Assembly: GCA_030141605.1 (NCBI GenBank)
Contig: JAQGDQ010001561.1
Location: 1-34,688, forward strand
Source of the DNA: Tubiluchus corallicola
Taxonomy: Eukaryota > Animalia > Priapulida
Reading direction: 5' to 3'
Length of the DNA stretch: 34,688 nucleotides
Shown here: piece after piece, positions 24,030 to 34,688 of the stretch
How the letters are laid out: each line of letters opens with the position of its first letter
Position numbering within the stretch: position 1 is the first letter of the stretch
Translations under genes and position numbers: made by a program
The notes under the pieces: model-generated
Seen by the model: only the letters and a program-made list of their open reading frames with translations
What the model was told of the DNA's origin: nothing
Databases searched by the model: none

Positions 24030-24255
24030 AAAATACAAATAATATTAAATAAGTAATACAAATAACGCAATAAAAACTGATATTAAATACGTAATACAAA
24101 TTATATAATTACAAATAATACAAATAATGTTAAATAAGTAATACAAATTATACAATTACAAATAATACAAATGATAGTAAATAAGTGATACAAATAATAC
24201 AAGTGATAATAAATAAGTGATACAAATAATAAGATTGTAATAATTATATAATTAC
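24030..24255. repeat. Short, more degenerate patch of the same 32-bp repeat family
   Basis: Contains the unit and the rare variant block AACTGATA.TAA.TACGTAATACAA.TTATATAATTACAAATAATAC, also seen at about 22625 and 23445. Confidence 0.85.
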
Positions 24256-24541
24256 AACAACACTCTTACTTCACTGATGTTCACCGGCCGTTTGATGATC
24301 AAAACTCGTTTCTGGGACATGAAAATTTAAACTTTTTTTGTAATTCCTACCCGCTGAGTGCCAGGCGGCCTGGATGTTGCCAAGCAATCGCTTTTGTCGC
24401 TCGCCGCCTGTATGTAATCTATTATGTATTGTGCCCATTGCGAGTTGGAGTGGGATGGACTCTGCTGCAATAATTAAGTAAATTAGTGTTCCGCAATGCG
24501 CAGAATTTTAATGGTCAGCAGTAGCATATTGATTCCTGAAT

Positions 24542-25250
24542 GAGGGGTGAAGCCATTGATGGGTGAAGCTATTATGGGGTAGAGGGGTGAAGCCCTTGAT
24601 GGGTGAAGCTATTATGGGGTAGAGGGGTGAAGCCATTGTGAGGTGAAGCTATTATGGGGTAGAGGGGTGAAGCCATTGATGGGTGAAGCTATTATGGGGT
24701 AGGGGGTGAAGCCATTGATGGGTGAAGCTATTATGGGGTAGAGGGGTGAAGCTATTATGGGGTAGAGGGGTGAAGCCATTATGGGGTAGAGGGGTGAAGC
24801 TATTATGGGGTAGAGGGGTGAAGCCATTATGGGGTAGAGGGGTGAAGCTATTATTGGGTAGAGGGGTGAAGCTATTATGGGGTAGAGGGGTTAAGCCATT
24901 GGGAGGTGAAGTCATTGAGGAGTAAAGCCATTTTGGTGTACAGGGGTGAAACCACTGATGGATGAAGCCATTGTGTGGTAGAGGGGTGAAGCCATTGTGG
25001 GGAGAAGCCACTAAGGATGAAGCCATTGTGTGGTAGAGGGGTGAAGTCATCGAGGGGAGAAGCCACTAAGGATGAAGCCATTGGGTGATAGAGTGTTGAA
25101 GCCATTGTGGGGTGAAGTCATCGAGGGGTGAAGCCATTAAAAGATAAAGTCATTGGGAGTGGTCGCTCATGGATGAAGCCATTGTGAAGTGGCGTCGTCA
25201 TGGGGTACAGGTGTGAAGTCATTATGGCGTAGACAGGTGAAGCAGTTATG
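24542..25250. repeat. G-rich minisatellite (40-bp then 24-bp units, degenerating rightwards)
   Basis: Units are GGGGTGAAGCCATTGATGGGTGAAGCTATTATGGGGTAGA and GGGGTGAAGCTATTATGGGGTAGA. Confidence 0.93.
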
Positions 25251-25330
25251 GGGAATTGCGTAAATTGTCAACATGCGATAAGATGGGGATCAGAGATGGT
25301 GGTAGAGGGGGTCGATGTAGGGGTGTCCTC

Positions 25331-25705
25331 AAACACAACTTCACGTTCGCGTCACTAGTTCTTCGCTGTTACATATATTTCACCGTTTGCTAGTTAGACG
25401 GGCACCAGCACCTGCATTTCGGAAAAGCATTGCACAAAAAACAGGTACTGTACCTCTCAGTTCAGACGAGATGTGTTAGTTTGTGAAGTACTGCACACGT
25501 TCGACAGCTCATGCGAGAGCGCAGCGGCAAATTTGAATTCGGAATTTCTATCTTAAAACTTGTCTAGTTTTAGTACAACGCTCTGAATATCTTACAGTAG
25601 CACTGTACTTCAATTTTCGGTTTCGTAAACACGTGCAACACGCTCGTGGAATGTTTTTCCTGTTGAAAATTATGTTAGTTTGTGATGTTATCGATAGTTG
25701 GGCTC
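25331..25705 (+). mobile_element. Fragment of the Kolobok-like family seen at 30581-31068 and from 33026
   Basis: Collinear with 30711-31068 (CTAGTTAGACGGGCAC, CACACGTTCGACAGCTCATGCGA, AAACACGTGCAACACGCTCGTGGAATG, ATCGATAGTTGGGCTC). Confidence 0.8.
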
Positions 25706-26259
25706 TCATGTCCCTGATTCAAATGCGTTTTTCTTCCACCAATGACGTCATTCGTCCTGAAGAAAAGTAAATTTAGTCTCAAAAATTTCAAATAATTGTG
25801 GGCTGGCTCAGTCCTTACCCACGATTACTGCACCCTCACAGAGCTGCTTTTTGCTGAGCTGAATATTTTCGAATACTTCCATCATTGACCAGCGTCCACT
25901 TGAGACTGATGGACGACTTCTTCGCCAAGGCTTTGCTAGCCTGCTTAAGACAACTCGAAGAACTGACAATTGTTCCCGAAGACTCCATCTATATTCAACA
26001 GCGCACCGTGACAAATATGTTAAATACTTACGATTGATTTGGGATATTGATTTCTTTCTACATGGCTTCAGTTGTCTAGACTGAAGCCATGTGCGCCTCC
26101 TTGACAAGTGCAAAGATTTGTGTACTCGTTGCCGATGGCGTTTTTTTTGACTGGCTTCGTTTGGAGATGCGGAAGACCTTGTTCAGTTTTCACCTTTGCC
26201 CCTGGTTGAAAGTCAAATATGTGTTAGATATTCAGGGAGACGAGAAATCAAATGAATTT

Positions 26260-26602
26260 TACATTTCTGTAAACAGAGTAGTGAAGTGCAGGCGGTAGTG
26301 CAAGCATTTAAAGGGAAAGTCAAGCCTTCTAGGAGGTTAAGCTTATTTCAACGTTCGCGAGAAATGTTAGAAGGATTTAGTAATAAAACTGTAATAAGCA
26401 CCTCTGTAATTAGTAAGATTGCTTTAAAGTTGCGAGATCACTTCATGCTCGGGCGCTCCCATTTTCACCGCTCATTCTTCCACCAATGACGTCATTCGTC
26501 CTGAAGAAAAGTAGTACACTGTCAATCTTCTAAAGTAGAAAATAGTTAATTTTGTAATCTTTTTTGCATGAGCACTAGGTAAACTGCAAAGGTTGTGTTA
26601 GC
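26260..26602 (+). repeat. Dispersed repeat (second copy of 17153-17520)
   Basis: Collinear with 17153-17520. Confidence 0.85.
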
Positions 26603-26955
26603 ATTGTACTAGTATTATCATTGTGCATGTGTTATCATTGTGCTTGTCTTATCATTGTGCTAGTGTTATCATTGTGCATGTGTTATCATTGTGCTAGTGT
26701 TATCATTGTGCTAGTGTTATCATTGTGCTTGTCTTATCATTGTGCTAGTGTTATCATTGTGCTTGTCTTATCATTGTGCTAGTGTTATCATTGTGCTTGT
26801 CTTATCATTGTGCTAGTATTATCATTGTGCTTGTCTTATCATTGTGCATGTGTTATCATTGTGCTAGTGTTATCATTGTGCTTGTCTTATCATTGTGCTA
26901 GTGTTATCATTGTGCATTTGTTATCATTGTGCATGTGTTATCATTGTGCTTGTGT
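26603..26955. repeat. 17-bp minisatellite, about 20 copies
   Basis: Unit TTATCATTGTGCTAGTG and variants. Confidence 0.97.
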
Positions 26956-27198
26956 CAGTATGATAATTTTTTTGGTATTATCGTTCCTACTACGTTCAAA
27001 GGGTTCCATCCTATGTACAGAATTAGTGTTTTGTTCTCATTATGTCGTATGCTCCATAAACAGTATAACATAACATCTAAAAACCGACTTTAAATAAAGA
27101 TGATTATATTCTGCTCGTTGGATTTGATGCATTCTTGTTTCGTTTATGTTGAGGGTTGAAATAATTGTGATATACGTGTTGTATTGAAGCTATACGTG

Positions 27199-27703
<505 letters not shown>

Positions 27704-28066
27704 TACAATAGTCTTTGAAATTTCTCTGCACTCGCTTAACGAACTGTTTACCGACACAATAAAATGTTCGTTCATTCTATCCTGTCGTTTTCAAACGGCA
27801 CGTTTCACACTGTTATGAGCAAGCTTGCCTAATTTATAAAACCGATTTTTCTCTTTCACATTGAAAAGATCTATGGGTAGAATTGTGAACAAGAATGTGT
27901 GGTCACGGGCTGTGCTGCTACCCCAGGGGCAATCACACCGCTAATGATGTAATCAATTAATAGCACTAGACAGCGAGCAAACCTTGGTAACTTATCACAT
28001 TCTTTACGTAGGTTTTCATTAGACGGGATAATATCACTCGAATGCCGGCATAATTGCTCGAGTGAA

Positions 28067-28629
28067 TTGATAGATTAGCTAGATACTTCATAAGCAATTA
28101 ATGTGGCTCAGTTAGCAGCCAAGCTTTCAATGGCAGACAGTGAAATATTTGAGATAATATTTAAAGTATTTAAGACACGACCAGTGACGAAAAACAATGC
28201 TGGTGTAAAACCAATTCCACAAAGAAGCAGTCCTGGTGAAGCAGCAAGAACTGTTGATAGATTAGCTGGATACTTCATAAGCAATTAATGTGGCTCAGTT
28301 AGCAGGAAAGCTTTCAATGGCAGACAGTGAAATATTTGAGATAACATTTAAAGTATTTAAGACGCGACCAGTGACGAAAAACAATGCTGGTGTAAAACCA
28401 ATTCCACACAGAAGCAGTCCTGGTGAAGCAGCAAGAACTGTTGATAGATTAGCTGGATACTTCATAAGCAATTAATGTGGCTGAGTTAGCAGCCAAGCTT
28501 TCAATGGCAGACAGTGAAATATTTGAGATAATATTTAAAGTATTTAAGACGCGACGAGTGACGAAAACAATGCTGGTGTAAAACCAATTCCACACAGAAG
28601 CAGTCCTGGTGAAGCAGCAAGAACTGTTG
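28067..28629. repeat. 187-bp tandem triplication
   Basis: TTGATAGATTAGCT starts at 28067, 28254 and 28441. Confidence 0.97.
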
Positions 28630-28743
28630 GGTTTGAATGGGCACTTTTTACAAGGAAACGCGGGTTTGAATTCAAATGCAAAACCAGCAGATATCTGATG
28701 CTGAATTCATTTCAAAATGTTCTAAGTAGAAACGCTTTCAATT

Positions 28744-29916
28744 AGTGGTGCACACTGGGAAGGTGAATCAGTGGTGCACACTGGGAAGGTGAATCAGTGG
28801 TGCACACTGGGAAGGTGAATCAGTGGTGCACACTGGGAAGGTGAATCAGTGGTGCACACTGGGAAGGTGAATCAGTGGTGCACACTGGGAAGGTGAATCA
28901 GTGGTGCACACTGGGAAGGTGAATCAGTGGTGCACAGTGGGAAGGTGAGTCAGTGGTGCACACTGGGAAGGTGAGTCAGTGGTGCACAGTGGGAAGGTGA
29001 ATCAGTGGTGCACACTGGGAAGGTGAATCAGTGGTGCACAGTGGGAAGGTGAATCAGTGGTGCACACTGGGAAGGTGAATCAGTGGTGCACAGTGGGAAG
29101 GTGAATCAGTGGTGCACACTGGGAAGGTGAATCAGTGGTGCACACTGGGAAGGTGAATCAGTGGTGCACACTGGGAAGGTGAATCAGTGGTGCACACTGG
29201 GAAGGTGAATCAGTGGTGCACACTGGGAAGGTGAATCAGTGGTGCACACTGGGAAGGTGAATCAGTGGTGCACACTGGGAAGGTGAATCAGTGGTGCACA
29301 CTGGGAAGGTGAATCAGTGGTGCACACTGGGAAGGTGAATCAGTGGTGCACACTGGGAAGGTGAATCAGTGGTGCACACTGGGAAGGTGAATCAGTGGTG
29401 CACACTGGGAAGGTGAATCAGTGGTGCACACTGGGAAGGTGAATCAGTGGTGCACACTGGGAAGGTGAATCAGTGGTGCACACTGGGAAGGTGAATCAGT
29501 GGTGCACACTGGGAAGGTGAATCAGTGGTGCACACTGGGAAGGTGAATCAGTGGTGCACACTGGGAAGGTGAATCAGTGGTGCACACTGGGAAGGTGAAT
29601 CAGTGGTGCACACTGGGAAGGTGAGTCAGCGGTGCACACTGGGAAGGTGAGTCAGTGGTGCACACTGGGAAGGTGAGTCAGTGGTGCACACTGGGAAGGT
29701 GAATCAGCGGTGCACACTGGGAAGGTGAGTCAGCGGTGCACACTGGGAAGGTGAGTCAGTGGTGCACACTGGGAAGGTGAATCAGTGGTGCACACTGGGA
29801 AGGTGAGTCAGTGGTGCACACTGGGAAGGTGAATCAGTGGTGCACACTGGGAAGATGAATCAGTGGTGCACAGTGGGAAGGTGAATCAGTGGTGCACACT
29901 GGGAAGGTGAGTCAGT
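28744..29916. repeat. 26-bp minisatellite, about 45 copies
   Basis: Unit CAGTGGTGCACACTGGGAAGGTGAAT, very homogeneous. Confidence 0.98.
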
Positions 29917-30225
29917 GCTGAGTGACTTATTCTTTCCTTTAGCACACCACAAACAGTTTAAGTGATAACAGTAAAATAAACCCAACATGCTGAGTGACTT
30001 GTTCTTTCCTTTACCACACCACAAACAGTTTAAGCGATAACAGTAAAATAAACCCAACATGCTGACTTGTTCTTTCCTTTAGCACACCACAAACAGTTTA
30101 AGTGATAACAGTAAAATAAACCCAACATGCTGAGTGACTTGTTCTTTCCTTCAGCACACCACAAACAGTTTAAATTATAACCATGAAATAAACCCAAAAT
30201 ATTGAGTGATCCGTGCTTTCCTTTA
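29917..30225. repeat. 72-bp tandem repeat, about 4 copies (same unit as 17882-18210)
   Basis: CTGAGTGACTTGTTCTTTCCTTTAGCACACCACAAACAGTTTAAGTGATAACAGTAAAATAAACCCAACAT units. Confidence 0.95.
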
Positions 30226-30580
30226 TAAAACAACAAAAAAAACGGGGTAGTTGAGCTGCTTCTATAAAAGTGAGTTTCCACGTTGTAAATTTCCCTGCGT
30301 TTTGCAATCATTTATGAACGACGAACACCTAGCCGGTGTCTGCTTATCTCGCCTGATTGCTTGCCGAGTTTAACTGGCTTCTCTACCTCTTTATGTGCTG
30401 CTCTGATTGAAGCCAAATAGAAATTGCGAGAGGCGAAACGATTCTCCTGTTTATGTTTTTTCTGTCTCGTGCACTTAGCTCTCTGTCTGTCTGTCTGTCT
30501 GCCTGCCTGCCTTAGCACAATTGCTAGTTACGTGTTTCATTTAGGTTTCCGGTCTGGGAGAACTTCTGACTTTATTTTAA

Positions 30581-31068
30581 AGCAGAACCGGGGCAGAACC
30601 GGGACCCAATCCTAAACTGTTGCTTAAAACAATCTACTCTTTAAAATATTTAAAGGAAACATACTATTTTTTTCAAGAATGACTTACGTGAAAGAATTAT
30701 TGCCACACAAACACAATTTCGCGTTCGCGCCACTGATTCTTCGCTGTTGCATGCATTTCGCCATTCGTTAGTTAGACGGGCACTAGCGCCTGCATTTGCA
30801 CAAAAACAGGTGCTGTATCTCTTACTTCAGACGTGTTAGTTTGTGACGAGCTACACACGTTCGACAGCTCATGCGAACTGAGCACAGCGGTAAATTTGAA
30901 ATTGGAATTTTTATCTTAAAACTTGCCTAGTTTTAGTACAACACAGTGAATATCTTACACTAGCGCTGTATTTCAATTTTTGCTTTCGCAAACACGTGCA
31001 ACACGCTCGTGGAATGTTTTTGATGTTGAAAATTATGTTAGTTTGTGACGTCATCGATAGTTGGGCTC
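30581..31068 (+). mobile_element. Left part of a Kolobok-like non-autonomous element
   Basis: Starts TTAA|AGCAGAACCG...CAATCCTAAACTGT, matching TTAA|AGCAAAACGGGTCTCAATCTTAAACTGT at 33022. It continues collinear with 33411-33590 and 25331-25705. Confidence 0.7.
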
Positions 31069-31356
31069 GACACTTCTAAGTTTTCCAAAGGTGAAGAACA
31101 ATACTCCACTAAAGGGTGGACGCGAGTTTTGTAGGCAGTTAATAAACTAGTTTAAATTGACTGCTGAGTAGGAGGAGTTGCATTTTTGCTTCAACCGAGT
31201 GTCATAAACAAGTAACATATTCTGATATTCTCATTACGGGAAGCGCCCTCTGCAAATGGCAGAAATTTTCTAATCTCGCGACTTCACTGACATTTTATTC
31301 ACCTCGAGTAAGAAGCATAAATGCAATAATGCATGAAACGATTCCATCTGACACCT

Positions 31357-31402
<46 letters not shown>

Positions 31403-31480
31403 TTACATCTACATATGAGGGCTATGGAAGCATAACCTGGAATACATTTTACCAACGGCTAATAGAAGTACGTCCTTCGC

Positions 31481-31655
31481 GACAGGTTCATATTAGAAGT
31501 ACTTCAGGCGGGAGTTCTGCAAGGGTCAACCGTCGGTCCGCACGAATGATTGCAAGAAAAGATGTGACAGGTTAATATTAGAAGTACTCCAGGCGGGAGT
31601 TCTGCAAGGGTCAACCGTCGGTCCGCACGAATGATTGCGAGAAAAGATGCGATAG
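31481..31655. repeat. 85-bp tandem duplication
   Basis: GACAGGTT.ATATTAGAAGTACT.CAGGCGGGAGTTCTGCAAGGGTCAACCGTCGGTCCGCACGAATGATTGC occurs at 31481 and 31566. Confidence 0.95.
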
Positions 31656-31913
31656 ATTCACGGAAAGATGCGAGTGCAAATACGTAGTGTTATCAATATC
31701 TGCAAATGTAAATTACTTTAAAATTTGAGGACTGCAAAAGAGGGGACTTCCATTAGGCACTTTGTCCATCAGTGCGCTGATCGATGGCGGGTCGGTCGAG
31801 CGGTTCGTTTTCATCCTTTCTTTAAACAGTGTTTGCGATAACAAACTAATGTGTAAGTGTATGCGTTGGAAAGTGGAAAAAATGATGATCAGATCCACTG
31901 AGATCTTAGTCGG

Positions 31914-32376
31914 AAACTTATGAGAAATTTTGCCAGCTGCAAACTGGAAAATCGTTGCTGTCCATTGAAGACTCACTATGGAACGAACTCTGTAATCAAA
32001 CAAGCAATTCTACTTTGGAATTCTCTACCATTACAGGTTAAACAAATCAAGTCCCTATCAGCATTTAAAACAAAATTAAAATCACTAATATTAACCAGAT
32101 ATGAAATACCATCACACCAGTACGACAACATACACACTAATTCAGAATTCATATATCCACGGCCATATTAATTAAATCATAGTTTTTTCATTTTTTTCTG
32201 CATAGTTGTAAATATGTTTGATTTTATTCGTCGTTACTTTCCATTACTGCACAGTAGTTTAGATTGCACTGACGCATTTGCCTTTAGCAGTGTAAGTTTT
32301 TATTAACTAACACTGATTGATCATCTCTGTAAAGTTTTTATCAGTGATTATCAATGTAGTTTAATGGCAAATAAAG

Positions 32377-32412
<36 letters not shown>
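31914..32412 (+). mobile_element. 5'-truncated CR1/L2-group LINE 3' end
   Basis: ORF 31920-32171 has the KTHYG...LWNSLP..VK.IKSLSAFKTKLK pattern typical of the CR1/L2/Crack ORF2 C-terminus. The 3' UTR ends AATAAAGAT(TA)n. A second copy is at 6269-6672. The 5' boundary is approximate. Confidence 0.8.
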
Positions 32413-32414
<2 letters not shown>

Positions 32415-32684
32415 ATATTGTGGTCAATTGGACGACTGAAACTCGTGCTTTAATTCCTTTCTACACCCAACGTCTTACAAAATATTTGAAGACGTACTGA
32501 AATACGTGAAGACTAGCCTAAGAAAAAGAAAATTACTTAAAATTAAAACTCCTTCAGAACTATGCAGTGAGATTAATAGCTCGTAACTCATACAAACGTA
32601 CGGCAGGTAGACAAAGATTCAAAGCTTAACCCTTATAGGGAGAGGATTTTTACAACCGATTTTGGTAACCGTGTGGTAAAAAGT

Positions 32685-32843
32685 TATGATGATGATGATG
32701 ACGATGATGATGGTGGTGGTGGTGTTGTTGTTGTTGTTGTTGTCGTTGTTGTTGTAGGCGGTGGTGTTGTTGTTGTTATTATTGGCGGTGGTGGTGGTGG
32801 TGTTGCTGTTGTTGTTGTTGCTGCTGCTGTTGTTGTTGTTGCA
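32685..32843. repeat. Compound (GAT/GGT/GTT/GCT)n microsatellite
   Basis: Read directly. Confidence 0.95.
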
Positions 32844-33025
32844 TTAAAAGCTTGTGGTGTCGAATAAAAGTTCTCGCGAGCTGCTGTATTTATCATTAGC
32901 ATTAATTGCATTCAGTATAATTATATCATTTTGTTTATTAGTAGTTAGTTTATTGAGTCGAGTTACTAATGTTTCGCACGTCTAAATTTCAGCATATTTA
33001 TAGATGTTTTTGAAACTTTTGTTAA

Positions 33026-34688
<1,663 letters not shown>

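Noticed and set aside
28067-28629. 187-bp unit as a tandem small gene or tRNA/SINE (TGGCTCAGTTAG resembles an A box)
   Set aside because: No B box at a suitable distance. The ORF starts at GTG and the third copy is frameshifted.

Overview
Repeat-dominated, AT-rich eukaryotic DNA, intronic or intergenic in character. The 5S-derived sequence and TTAGGG-type repeats suggest an invertebrate, probably lophotrochozoan (inference). No recognisable intact host gene is present, and almost all ORFs in the track are artefacts of micro- or minisatellites. The window holds about ten distinct minisatellite arrays (units of 17, 21, 24/40, 26, 32, 46, 48, 62, 72 and 187 bp). It also holds non-autonomous DNA elements (hAT-like, Tc1/mariner-like, piggyBac-like, Kolobok-like, foldback) and two near-identical 3' ends of a CR1/L2-group LINE. 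The best signal is a divergently oriented pair of RTE-derived non-autonomous retroelements. One (12284-12815, minus) carries a full-length 5S rRNA head inside a perfect 12-bp TSD. The other (13272-13660, plus) has no head and starts exactly at the 5S/body junction, suggesting a 5S-headed SINE (SINE3) or 5S chimera beside its headless progenitor. Other notable items are a frame-preserving 48-bp array (about 27 x SIVEIVRTCHDPNNGV) behind a splice acceptor, several locally templated insertions (two bracketed by long direct repeats), and a foldback element whose arms carry the same complex microsatellite in mirror image.
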